DNA of 64,000 nt from an uncultured Dehalococcoidia bacterium (GTDB taxonomy: Bacteria; Chloroflexota; Dehalococcoidia; Tepidiformales; Tepidiformaceae), in assembly GCA_938015525.1 (NCBI GenBank), contig CALLPC010000025.1, positions 28,340 through 92,339 on the forward strand. Reading direction: 5' to 3'. Both the position numbers and the translations under genes were made by a program. This document shows, piece by piece, positions 8,660-17,255 of this stretch (position 1 is the stretch's first letter; the number at the start of each line of letters is the position of its first letter). Under the pieces are notes generated by a model. It saw nothing but the letters and a program-made list of their open reading frames with translations. It was not told the DNA's origin and did no database searches.

Positions 8660-9905
8660 TCTCGCTGATATCGAGCACGCTCTCCAGCGCCAGCACCCCC
8701 TGCGCCGCCAGGGCGCGGACCTCCTCCTCGCCCAGCCCCAGCCAGCTCCCCAGCACCGCCATCGTGTCCCCGCCCAGGTCCGGCGGCGGCCCCGTGATGC
8801 CCGTCTCACTCCTCGACATCCGCACCGGCGTGTTCGCGATCGGGATCGTCCCCGCCACCGGGTGCGTCACCTCCCGGATCATCCCCCGCGCCCGTACCTG
8901 CGGGTCCGCCACTACCTCCCGCACCGTATTCACCGGCCCCGCCGGGATGCCCACCGCCAGCAGCTCCTCCAGCCATTCCGCCGTCGTCCGCCGCCGGAAC
9001 GCCGCCGCAAGCAGTGGCTCCAGCTCGGCGTGGTTCCTCGTCCGCTTCGGACCCGTCGCGAACCGCTCATCGTCGATGAGCTCCGGCACCCCGAGAATCG
9101 CGCACAGCAGATTCCACTGGTTCTCTTCCCCGAACCCCAGCGCAATCACGACCCAGCCGTCCGCCGTCTCGAACGCCTGGAACGGTGTAGCGCTCGGGTG
9201 CCGCGTCCCCAGCGGCCCCGGCACCTCCCCCGTCACGAAGTACCGCATGATGGCGTTCTCCATCACCGTCACCTGGCAGTCCAGCATGCTGATATCGATC
9301 GCCTGCCCCAGCCCGCTCCGCTCCCGCTCCCGCAACGCGGCCAGGATGCCGATGACGGCGAACATCCCGGCGACCACATCTCCATACGACACCCCCGGCC
9401 GGACCGGCGGGCCGCCCGGCTCGCCCGTAATCGAGAGCACCCCGCCCATCGCCTGCACCACGATGTCGAGCGCCGCCCGGTCACGATACGGCCCCGTCTG
9501 CCCGAAGCCGCTGATGCTCGCGAGGATGACCCCCGGGTTCCGTGCCGATAGCACCGGGTAGTCGATTCCCAGCCTCTCCAGCGTCCCCGGCGTAAAATTC
9601 TCCATCACCACGTCGGCCTGCTCGACCAGCCGCAGGAACAGCTCCCGCCCCTCCGGCCGCCTCAGGTCGATCGCAAGGCTCCGCTTTCCCCGGTTCACCG
9701 AGAAGAAATACCCGCTCCAGCCATTCTGGTACGGGCCCGTCGTCCGCGAGATGTCCCCATAGGGCGGCCGCTCCACCTTCACCACCTCCGCCCCAAGGTC
9801 GCACAGGATCATCGAGCCGAACGGCCCCGCCAGCACCCACGTCAGGTCCAGCACGCGCACACCCTCGAGCGGCCGGCCAGTCATCCTCCCGCGTTCAGAA
9901 TCCAT
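8652..9905 (-). CDS. CoA-transferase family III (CaiB/BaiF-type)
   Basis: PLEGVRVLDLTWVLAGPFGSMILCDLGAEVVKVERP is the canonical N-terminal signature. It overlaps the convergent upstream gene tail-to-tail by 8 nt. Confidence 0.9.
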   Translation of the reverse strand: MDSERGRMTGRPLEGVRVLDLTWVLAGPFGSMILCDLGAEVVKVERPPYGDISRTTGPYQNGWSGYFFSVNRGKRSLAIDLRRPEGRELFLRLVEQADVVMENFTPGTLERLGIDYPVLSARNPGVILASISGFGQTGPYRDRAALDIVVQAMGGVLSITGEPGGPPVRPGVSYGDVVAGMFAVIGILAALRERERSGLGQAIDISMLDCQVTVMENAIMRYFVTGEVPGPLGTRHPSATPFQAFETADGWVVIALGFGEENQWNLLCAILGVPELIDDERFATGPKRTRNHAELEPLLAAAFRRRTTAEWLEELLAVGIPAGPVNTVREVVADPQVRARGMIREVTHPVAGTIPIANTPVRMSRSETGITGPPPDLGGDTMAVLGSWLGLGEEEVRALAAQGVLALESVLDISEIT

Positions 9906-9989
9906 AGCCCCAGATTCTGCCCCGCCGCGGCCTCACCGTCGAAACTCCTCGGGTGAACCCTCATCCGCACCCCCACCGTGAGACCGCCG

Positions 9990-11330
9990 CTACGCCGCCC
10001 TCTTCACCACCTCGTCCGCGCGTTTCACCACCGTCAGCACGTACTCCCGCGTCGCCGTCACCGGGTCTTTCGTCCGCCACTGATGCGCCTCCGTAATCAC
10101 CGTCAGCGTCCCCGCAAACCGCATCCAGAACAGCAGGTACCGGTACGCCGGCATGAACGGCACCACCCACCAACCCCGCCACAGCCGCCGCGCGCTTGGG
10201 TGAACGACCAGCAGCGCGCTCGTCGTCCACGTCGCCGCCTCGATGACGAAATACGCCAGGTACAGCGCCACCCCCGCACCGAGCACCGTCGCCCACGAGT
10301 ACCCGAAGAACACCAGCCCCGGCATCAGGAACGTCCACGCCACCCGCGGAAACGCCAGCGTATGGTCCACCAGCAGCGTCCGCACCGGCGCGAACCCCTT
10401 GTAGAACAGCCCCCGCCGCGCCAGCGTCGGATGCGCCGCGATGACCTCCACCTCCCCCCGCTGCCATCGCACCCGCTGCGCATACAGCGCCCGCAAACTC
10501 GGAATCGGCTCCGTATAACACACCGAGCTCGGCACCACCCCCACCTTCTTCCCCGGGAACCGCTCCTGGATCTCGAAGGTCATGAATGTGTCCTCGCCCA
10601 CCGTGCTCGCGTCATACAGGTGCGTCGAAAGTAGCGCCTCCCGCCGGAATGCACTGAACGCACCCGCCAGCGTGAACAGCCGCCGCGACATCGTTTCGAA
10701 CCGCCGCCCGACATTGAACGCGAAGTAGTACTCCTGGAACTCGCACTCGTGCAGCAGCCGCATCCAGCCCCGGTCACCGCTCTCCGGCCGGATCTCCACC
10801 GCTCCCGTCGCCGCCACCAGGTCCTCGTCGTGCTCGAACGCCGCCACCATGTTCGCCACCGCGTCCTCGTGCAGCACCACGTCCGAGTCCACGTTGATGA
10901 TGTACTCCCCCCGCGCGTGGTGAATCCCGACGTTCAGCGCCCACGTCTTCCCCTGGTGAAACGTCGAAAGCCAGTGCATCTGCCCCGGCCACTCCACCTG
11001 CTGCTCCGCGCAGAACACCCGGTACGAGCCGTCCCGGCTCCCGTTGTCGATCGCCAGCACCTCGATCAGCTCGTGCGGGTAGCTCTGCCGCCGGACAGAT
11101 TCCAGGCACGCCCCCAGCGACTGCTCGCTGTTGTACACCGGCACGATCACCGTCACCCGCGGCCACTTCCCCCGCGGCGCCTCCGTCACCGGCCGAATCG
11201 GCAGCCGCTTAGCCCTGCCCAGGACCGTCGCGACCAGGTAGTTGAACGCCTGGTACCCGTCCACCAGGATGGGCACGAACAGCCACACCCCCCAAAACCC
11301 GAGCGCAGGCAGCCACCAGTCCGTCGACAT
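9990..11330 (-). CDS. processive family-2 glycosyltransferase (PgaC/IcaA/cellulose-synthase-like), exosortase-cassette associated
   Basis: VTVIVPVYNSE, DNGSRDGS, a DxD motif (NVDSDV) and QRVRW (QxxRW) are present, with N- and C-terminal TM segments. The ORF was trimmed to the MSTDWW ATG at 11330, 1 nt after the stop of the upstream gene. Confidence 0.85.
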   Translation of the reverse strand: MSTDWWLPALGFWGVWLFVPILVDGYQAFNYLVATVLGRAKRLPIRPVTEAPRGKWPRVTVIVPVYNSEQSLGACLESVRRQSYPHELIEVLAIDNGSRDGSYRVFCAEQQVEWPGQMHWLSTFHQGKTWALNVGIHHARGEYIINVDSDVVLHEDAVANMVAAFEHDEDLVAATGAVEIRPESGDRGWMRLLHECEFQEYYFAFNVGRRFETMSRRLFTLAGAFSAFRREALLSTHLYDASTVGEDTFMTFEIQERFPGKKVGVVPSSVCYTEPIPSLRALYAQRVRWQRGEVEVIAAHPTLARRGLFYKGFAPVRTLLVDHTLAFPRVAWTFLMPGLVFFGYSWATVLGAGVALYLAYFVIEAATWTTSALLVVHPSARRLWRGWWVVPFMPAYRYLLFWMRFAGTLTVITEAHQWRTKDPVTATREYVLTVVKRADEVVKRAA

Positions 11331-11331
11331 C

Positions 11332-11940
11332 TCAGCCCTCCCGCAGCCGCGCGTAGACCACGCGCAGCGTTGGCCGCGTGATCGCCAGCCAGTAAATCCC
11401 AATCGCCAGTCCGAAGAACACCGCCCGCCCGAACACCACGTGCGCGATGTCCAGCCACCCCTGGCCCCCATACGCCACCGCCCCCACGATCACCAGCATC
11501 CGCACCACATTCGCCAGGAACGTCAGCCCCACGGCTCCCAGCAATACCAGCAGCCGCTTCCCTTTCGGCAGGGCCGGGTAGAACACCACCAGCCCCATCA
11601 AAGCCGCCACCTCCAGCAGCCCCGAGCACTCGATCCCGATGCTCAGCCGCGTCCACTCCGCGTGGTGCGGCACGCCGACCACCAGCAGCTCGCCCGCCCG
11701 GTCATCGAACAGCTCCGTCCGGATGCCCAGCAGCCACGAGACCGCGTGCACCGCATGCGCCGTCGCCACCCGCACCCACAGCTCGCCCGGGACCAGCTCC
11801 CGGGCTGCCACCACGACCAGCACCGCCCCGCCGGCCGCCCCGAGGAGGAAGTACGGCAGCCACGCCCCCGCCCTCCAGAAAAACCGCACCGCGAGCGCCC
11901 ACGCAACCGCAGCCGGCACGAACCACGCGAGCGTCGTCAT
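11332..11940 (-). CDS. exosortase/archaeosortase-family transmembrane transpeptidase, short XrtG-like form (~202 aa)
   Basis: About six predicted TM segments. Family catalytic motifs are present: IGIECSGL (Cys), ANVVRM (Arg) and DIAHVVFG (His). Its ATG at 11940 overlaps the stop of the upstream gene (ATGA). Confidence 0.8.
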   Translation of the reverse strand: MTTLAWFVPAAVAWALAVRFFWRAGAWLPYFLLGAAGGAVLVVVAARELVPGELWVRVATAHAVHAVSWLLGIRTELFDDRAGELLVVGVPHHAEWTRLSIGIECSGLLEVAALMGLVVFYPALPKGKRLLVLLGAVGLTFLANVVRMLVIVGAVAYGGQGWLDIAHVVFGRAVFFGLAIGIYWLAITRPTLRVVYARLREG

Positions 11941-13430
11941 TCCGCCTGCCCGGCCTTCCGGTTTACCCACCACGCCGTGCCGACCGCGAACGTCCCGAAC
12001 AGCCCGAGTAGCAGCCAGCCCATCGTCGGCGCGCCCGAGCACCTGTACGTCACCGTCAGCGACTGCCGCGGCCCGTCATCGAGCCCCCACTCGACCGTGT
12101 TCGTCACCTCGCACTTCTCCGGCGTCCCCTCGAACGTCTGCTCCACCAGGAAGTACTGCCCCGGCGCCGTCGCGTAGAACTTCCCGTACCCGCCACTCGC
12201 GAGGTCGCCGCACGCCGCCCCGTTGAACTCCGCGCAGCTCGAGGCGTTCGCGTCCCACACCATCAAGTCCGCCGCCACCGACGGCTCAATCCGCCACACC
12301 ACCACCCCCTCCTTCTCCTCCACAAAGCTCTTCTTCACCTCCACCTTCACCGGCAGGTCCGGCTTCTTGTTGTACGCGCAGAGGTGGTACGTCACCCCCC
12401 GCTTGAGGACATCAGGCACCGAGACCTTCGCCGCCAGGTTCCCGCCCTTCGGCTTCTCCGGGCACGACTTCGCCCCAGAGTTCGAATTCGCGTCCGCGTT
12501 CGCCGGTACCAGGTCGAACAGCAGCAGGTTCGGTCCGCCCGTCGCCGGGTCGAGCTCGGTGACGAGGTAATCCCCGGGCTTCAGCGGTACCACCTCTCCA
12601 TCGACGAACTTCTGAATCCCCGTGTTGTTCCCGTCTGCCAGCAGGAAGACCCACTCCCCCGCCGGCGTCGCCGGCACCCACCGCCCCTTCCCATCCAGCA
12701 CGAACTTGTGCACCACCACCGCCGCGCCCGGCTCCTGCGGTTCGACCGTCGCCGTCACGGCCGGCTTCGTCTCGACCGGCTTGGTGGCGACATCCGTCGC
12801 CGTCTCGACCGGCTTCGGCGGCTCCATCGCCTTCGGCGGCGTCCCGTCCCACGTGTACAGGATGCAGTACGCCTCCGTCCCCGGCGCCAGCGCCAGTGCG
12901 TTCCACCCGACGCCGTCGCCGTTGTCGTTGTTCGCCCCGTCCCGGTAGCACTGCAGGTCGATGAACGGCAGCGGCGCCGCCGTCACCACCGTCGTCGGGA
13001 AATCCACCACCGAGAGCCGCCGCGTTTGGGCCTGCCCCGCCGGCACGTACACCGTCTGCCCCGTCCCGATCACCGTCGCGCTCCCGTCATACCCCGTCGC
13101 CGAGCTCGACCGCACCACCGGCTGCGTCAGTCCCGGGTCCAGGAACACGGAGTCCTTCGTCGAGCTCCCCAGCAGGAACAGCCCCTTCGCGGCCGTCGGC
13201 ACGCACCCGTACGCCCCGATGTCCGATGGCACCGCCTCGGCCGTCCCGTTGTCGCTCGACTTCGGGTCCTTCCCCGCCAGCCGCGCCTGGTAGATCGCGC
13301 TCTCCCCGGGGCAGCTCGCCGCCAGGAACGTCAATGTCGCGTAAGCCGGGACCGCAGCCTCCGCCGTACCCCGCCCGGACCCGCCAAACGCCAGGACAGC
13401 CACGACCAGCGCCAGACCTGCCCGCTTCAT
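11937..13430 (-). CDS. secreted surface protein with two prealbumin/Cna-B-like modules and a C-terminal sorting-type signal (candidate exosortase substrate)
   Basis: N-terminal signal peptide [17 protein letters not shown]...AEAA. Pro/Thr linker with a KPVET duplication. G-x-Y-x-V-x-E-type strands ([20 protein letters not shown]). The C-terminus is [33 protein letters not shown], that is a short motif, a TM helix and a basic tail. Confidence 0.75.
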   Translation of the reverse strand: MKRAGLALVVAVLAFGGSGRGTAEAAVPAYATLTFLAASCPGESAIYQARLAGKDPKSSDNGTAEAVPSDIGAYGCVPTAAKGLFLLGSSTKDSVFLDPGLTQPVVRSSSATGYDGSATVIGTGQTVYVPAGQAQTRRLSVVDFPTTVVTAAPLPFIDLQCYRDGANNDNGDGVGWNALALAPGTEAYCILYTWDGTPPKAMEPPKPVETATDVATKPVETKPAVTATVEPQEPGAAVVVHKFVLDGKGRWVPATPAGEWVFLLADGNNTGIQKFVDGEVVPLKPGDYLVTELDPATGGPNLLLFDLVPANADANSNSGAKSCPEKPKGGNLAAKVSVPDVLKRGVTYHLCAYNKKPDLPVKVEVKKSFVEEKEGVVVWRIEPSVAADLMVWDANASSCAEFNGAACGDLASGGYGKFYATAPGQYFLVEQTFEGTPEKCEVTNTVEWGLDDGPRQSLTVTYRCSGAPTMGWLLLGLFGTFAVGTAWWVNRKAGQAE

Positions 13431-13909
13431 GCTGCATCACTCCATCCTTCGACCGTCACCGAAACGGTCGGGTTCTCCCACAGCGTCACGCTCACCAGCC
13501 TCGGCCCGCCCGGCATCTCCTCGAGCAGCCGCGCCTCCAGGCTCCGGTAAATCACCGATGCCAGGTTCTCCCCCGTCGGCTGCACCTCCGTGAACGGGTA
13601 CATCTCGTTCAGGAACCGGTTCGCAAACCGCTTCGCCTCAGCCTCCAGCAGGTTCGCCACCTCCCGGAAGCCCACCACCATCCCCTGCTCGTCCACCCCA
13701 TCCGTCACGAACACCGCCTGCACCCGGTACGAGTGCGTGTGCTTCGCCCCGTTCGGCCGAATCGCATGGGTCGCTCCGAAGAACGAATCGATCGCGAGTC
13801 GGTATCGCAGCCCCGCGGAGAGCGCCCCCTGCACCACCGCGGCATGCTCCTGCTCGTTCTCCGGCATCACCCGCATCGGCGCCGTCGCGTCGCGGTGTCC
13901 TGCAGCCAT
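13427..13909 (-). CDS. 6-pyruvoyl-tetrahydropterin synthase / QueD-family protein
   Basis: [21 protein letters not shown] carries the His-rich Zn-site pattern of PTPS/QueD. The start was set at the ATG with SD GAGGTG 6 nt upstream (the ORF track starts at a TTG at 13948). The stop overlaps the next gene start (ATGA). Confidence 0.7.
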   Translation of the reverse strand: MAAGHRDATAPMRVMPENEQEHAAVVQGALSAGLRYRLAIDSFFGATHAIRPNGAKHTHSYRVQAVFVTDGVDEQGMVVGFREVANLLEAEAKRFANRFLNEMYPFTEVQPTGENLASVIYRSLEARLLEEMPGGPRLVSVTLWENPTVSVTVEGWSDAA

Positions 13910-13961
13910 TTCCGTCACCTCGAGGTGTCTCACCGGATGTTTCGGCAACGCCTGCGGGACG

Positions 13962-13972
13962 ATTCAGTGAAT
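13962..13972. promoter_or_regulatory. 11-bp perfect palindrome ATTCAGTGAAT in the divergent region upstream of the exosortase cassette
   Basis: Read directly from the sequence. ATTCA and TGAAT are reverse complements around a central G. It is an AT-rich element in a GC-rich intergenic region. Confidence 0.3.
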
Positions 13973-14051
13973 GTTCGGTGGTCCCGGCCCCAAACCTGTG
14001 CCGCCCGCCAGTTCTTCCGATAACCCCGGTATGAACCCCGAGGAGCCGACC

Positions 14052-14234
14052 ATGCACTCCATCGATTGGCCCTCCTGGCAGGCCGGCTACGAGGCCGGGC
14101 TCGACGACGCCATCCGTCTCATCGACGCGCTCCGCGGGCCGGGCTTCGGGAGCCTCAGCGCCCCCATCCTCCTCCGCATCCGCGCCGAGCTGCTCGCCGT
14201 CCGGAGCCGCGCCCGGGAGCCCCGCGCCGCCTGA
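14052..14234 (+). CDS. small hypothetical protein (60 aa)
   Basis: The ATG is preceded by SD AGGAG (14041-14045, 6-nt spacing). C-ending codon bias. No family is recognised. Confidence 0.45.
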   Translation: MHSIDWPSWQAGYEAGLDDAIRLIDALRGPGFGSLSAPILLRIRAELLAVRSRAREPRAA

Positions 14235-14296
14235 CCCGTTCCCTTCCTCACCGTCACTGCGCTAGGCTTCCCGGCACGCCACCTGGAGGCCCTCCC

Positions 14297-15469
14297 GTGC
14301 CCACCTGGACCAACTGGTCCGGCTCCGTCGTCGCCCGCCCCGCCCGCATCCTCGCCCCCGCCTCCGAAGACGAGGTCGCCGCCATCGTCCGCGAAGCCGC
14401 CCCCGGCACCACGGTCCGCGTCGCGGGCTCCGGCCACTCCTTCGTCCCTGTCGTCCCCGGGGACGATACCCTTCTCTCTCTCGAACGCCTCTCCGGCCTC
14501 CTCCACGCCGACGCGGCCGCCGGCCGCGCCACCCTCCTCGCAGGCACCCGCCTCTGCGATGCCACCCACCTCCTCTGGGAGCGCGGCCTCGCTCTCCCCA
14601 ACCAGGGCGACGTCGACACCCAGGCCCTCGCCGGCGCCATCGCGACCGGAACCCACGGCACCGGCCCCGCCTTCGGCAGCATCTCCACCCGCCTCGTTGC
14701 CGCCCGCGTCGTCACCGCCGATGGCTCCCTCCTCGATATCGAGAACTCCGCTCTCCTCCCCGCCCTCCGCGTCTCCCTCGGCCTCCTCGGCATCTTCACC
14801 CGCGTGACCCTCGCCTGCATTCCCCGCTACGCCCTCCACGAACGCGTCTGGCGCCGCCCCATCGAGGCCTGCCTCGATGCCCTCGACCACGACATCGCCG
14901 CGAACGAGCACTACGAGTTCTTCTGGTTCCCTCGCTCCGACGTCGCCGAGTCCAAGGCGCTCAACACGGTCGACGAAACCCCTCCAGGAGAAGAACCCCC
15001 GGCCCTCGACGGCCCCGGCGAACGCCTCGGCTGGGCCCACCGCATCTACCCCTCCGTCCGCGACCTCCGCTTCAACGAAATGGAGTACGCCGTCCCCGCC
15101 GAAGCCGGTCCCGAATGCTTCCGCGCCATCCGCCAGCGGATAAACGAGCGCCATCCGAAGGTCGCCTGGCCCGTCGAATATCGCACCCTCGCCGCCGATG
15201 ATGCCTGGCTCAGCCCTGCCTTCGGTCGCCCTACCGTCACTCTCTCCGTCCACCAGGCCGCCGAACGGCCCTACCGTGAGTTCTTCACCGACCTCGAGCC
15301 CATCTTCCGCGAGTTCGGCGGCCGCCCCCACTGGGGCAAATTCCACACCTGCACCAGGGCGGACCTCGCCGCGATGTATCCCCGCTTCGACGACTTCTGC
15401 GCCCTCCGCCAGCGCCTCGACCCCGCCGGCCGCTTCCTCTCCCCTTACCTCTCCTCCCTCTTCACCTGA
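14297..15469 (+). CDS. FAD-linked oxidase, D-arabinono-1,4-lactone / L-gulonolactone oxidase family
   Basis: WTNWSG N-terminus, VRVAGSGHSF FAD-binding (PCMH) motif and C-terminal GGRPHWGKFH (ALO domain). The GTG start at 14297 has GGAGG 8 nt upstream. The longer ORF-track start overlaps the preceding small gene. Confidence 0.85.
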   Translation: MPTWTNWSGSVVARPARILAPASEDEVAAIVREAAPGTTVRVAGSGHSFVPVVPGDDTLLSLERLSGLLHADAAAGRATLLAGTRLCDATHLLWERGLALPNQGDVDTQALAGAIATGTHGTGPAFGSISTRLVAARVVTADGSLLDIENSALLPALRVSLGLLGIFTRVTLACIPRYALHERVWRRPIEACLDALDHDIAANEHYEFFWFPRSDVAESKALNTVDETPPGEEPPALDGPGERLGWAHRIYPSVRDLRFNEMEYAVPAEAGPECFRAIRQRINERHPKVAWPVEYRTLAADDAWLSPAFGRPTVTLSVHQAAERPYREFFTDLEPIFREFGGRPHWGKFHTCTRADLAAMYPRFDDFCALRQRLDPAGRFLSPYLSSLFT

Positions 15470-15496
15470 GCCGCTCCCCGTTCCCCGCTCCCACCC

Positions 15497-15525
15497 TTTA
15501 CAGCTCCCCCGTTCCCTCGTAGCGT
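15497..15525 (+). promoter_or_regulatory. promoter: -35 TTTACA, 17-nt spacer, -10 TAGCGT, 6 nt before ATG 15532 (leaderless-type)
   Basis: TTTACA (15497-15502) and TAGCGT (15520-15525) have canonical 17-nt spacing. The predicted TSS coincides with the A of the ATG. Confidence 0.5.
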
Positions 15526-15531
15526 TTCCTC

Positions 15532-16518
15532 ATGACCGAGGCGGAAGACGCACTCCGGCGCTGGGCGGAAGCCGGTCTCATCGATGCCGAAACCGCCGAG
15601 CGCATCCGCCAGTTCGAAGCCGCCCGCCGGCGCGAGGCGCGGCCCGGCATCGCCATCCCGCCCGGCGAGCGTCCGGGCCTGGTCGAAGTCCTCCTCTACC
15701 TCGGCATCGCCGTTCTCAGTGTGGGCGTCTTCGCACTCTTCGCCCAGGGCTGGTCCGGGCTCCAGTCCCTCCCCCGCCTCCTGGCCGTTGGCATCCCCGC
15801 TGCTTTCGCCCTCCTCGTCGGCGCCCTCCTCCGCACCCTTGGCGAGCCCGGCTACCGCCGCGGCGCCCAGTTCTCCTGGGCCGCCGCCGTCGCCCTCGCC
15901 GCCGGGACCGTCGCGGTCCTCCTCTATGAATACGAGCCCTTGGGCATCTCCCGCGACGATGACCAGGCCGCCATGCTCATCGTCGCCGGCGTCGCCGTCG
16001 CGCTCGCCCTCCTCCTCTGGGCGCTCAACCCCGCCACCTTCCAGGTCATCGCTCTCGCCGGGAGCCTCTTCTTCCTCGGCCAGGCCATCGGCAACTGGCC
16101 CGAGTCCTTCTCCGCCCGCCTCGCGGCTCTCTCGCTGGTCGCCATCGGAACCGTCGCCATCCTCCTCGCCGAGCTCGGCGCCCTTTCGCCCCGGCCCGCA
16201 GCCCGCGCCGCCTTCGCCGTCGTCCTCGCATTCGGCGCCTATCAGCCGGGCTTCCGCGATGGCGGCTCGCCATGGGAGCTCCTGGCCTTCGTCGCTGCTG
16301 CCGCCCTCCTCGGCCTCGGCGTCTACCGCGCATCCTTCGCCTTCGTCCTTACCGGCGTCGCTCTCCTCTTCATCGCTCTCGTCCGGGCCATCTTCCAGAA
16401 CTTCTCCGACCAGGTCGGCGCTCCCGTCGCCCTCATCATCAGCGGCGCCCTCCTCATCGCAGCCGTTCTCCTCCTCGCCCGCCTCGTCCCCGCACTCCGC
16501 CGGGGCCAGCCCGCATGA
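15532..16518 (+). CDS. multi-pass membrane protein (DUF2157-like)
   Basis: A soluble N-terminal helix (WAEAGLIDAETAERIRQFE) is followed by about 9 hydrophobic segments. The family assignment is from memory of the DUF2157 pattern. Confidence 0.6.
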   Translation: MTEAEDALRRWAEAGLIDAETAERIRQFEAARRREARPGIAIPPGERPGLVEVLLYLGIAVLSVGVFALFAQGWSGLQSLPRLLAVGIPAAFALLVGALLRTLGEPGYRRGAQFSWAAAVALAAGTVAVLLYEYEPLGISRDDDQAAMLIVAGVAVALALLLWALNPATFQVIALAGSLFFLGQAIGNWPESFSARLAALSLVAIGTVAILLAELGALSPRPAARAAFAVVLAFGAYQPGFRDGGSPWELLAFVAAAALLGLGVYRASFAFVLTGVALLFIALVRAIFQNFSDQVGAPVALIISGALLIAAVLLLARLVPALRRGQPA

Positions 16519-17201
16519 GCCGCCTCCCCGCACGCTGGTTCGCCGTCATCGTCCTCGGCGGGCTCGCGTCCGTGCTCGTAGCAGCCGTCGTCCTCCTCCG
16601 CCTCGGGGTCACCGACCCCTCCCCCCCATCCCTCACCCGCGACCCGAACCCCGCCATCCCGGGCGACCTGCTCTACCTCGATTCCGGCAGCTGCCTCGTC
16701 CTCGCCCGCGCCTCCGGCGAATCCAGCCGCTCCGTCCACTGCACCGGCCTCATGCCCCGCCGCCTCTTCTTCCTCGGCCAGCAGGAGGCCGGCTACCTCG
16801 TCTCGAGCATCTCCGGCGAAACCCTGGTCGTCGTCGACCTCCAGTCCGGCGCCGAAGTCGAGCGCCGCACTGTCGGCCCGTCCGATTTTCCCGAGCTCCT
16901 CGCGCCTGACGGCACCCGCGTCTTCCGCCGGGACGACGGCCGCCTCGACCTCATCCGCGACGGCGCCGTTACCGGCACCCTCAGCTTCCCCGGCCTCGAC
17001 TGGGCGCCCGAGCACGTCGGCTGGTCCCCCGACAGCCAGTGGCTCGCCTTCCTCTACTTCCCCCCGCGGGAACGCTCCGCCGAGCTCTGGCTCGTCTCCC
17101 GCGATGGCGCAATTCGCGGCACCCTCGCGACGAACGCCACGGGCAGCCAGGTCGCCTGGCGCATCGAAGGGCTCCCGGCCTGGCCCGCCCCGCCCCGCTA
17201 G
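16515..17201 (+). CDS. membrane-anchored PD40 / beta-propeller-repeat protein
   Basis: N-terminal TM (WFAVIVLGGLASVLVAAVVLL). WSPDSQWLAF is the PD40 (TolB-like) repeat signature. Its ATG overlaps the upstream stop (ATGA). Confidence 0.6.
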   Translation: MSRLPARWFAVIVLGGLASVLVAAVVLLRLGVTDPSPPSLTRDPNPAIPGDLLYLDSGSCLVLARASGESSRSVHCTGLMPRRLFFLGQQEAGYLVSSISGETLVVVDLQSGAEVERRTVGPSDFPELLAPDGTRVFRRDDGRLDLIRDGAVTGTLSFPGLDWAPEHVGWSPDSQWLAFLYFPPRERSAELWLVSRDGAIRGTLATNATGSQVAWRIEGLPAWPAPPR

Positions 17202-17255
17202 GCCCCCAGCGGCCTCCGCCCCGGTCCCGTCACCTCTGCGCACCTCCGCTCCGCC

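Noticed and set aside
15445-16533. Long - strand Gly/Glu/Asp-rich ORFs antisense to well-supported + strand genes: 15445-16533, 24632-26317, 45207-46901, 51965-53536, 33899-34999, 43186-44427 and 30134-31099.
   Set aside because: They show acidic or Gly-rich low-complexity translation typical of the G-rich strand read antisense. Each overlaps a gene with clear family motifs on the other strand, and none has start-site signals.
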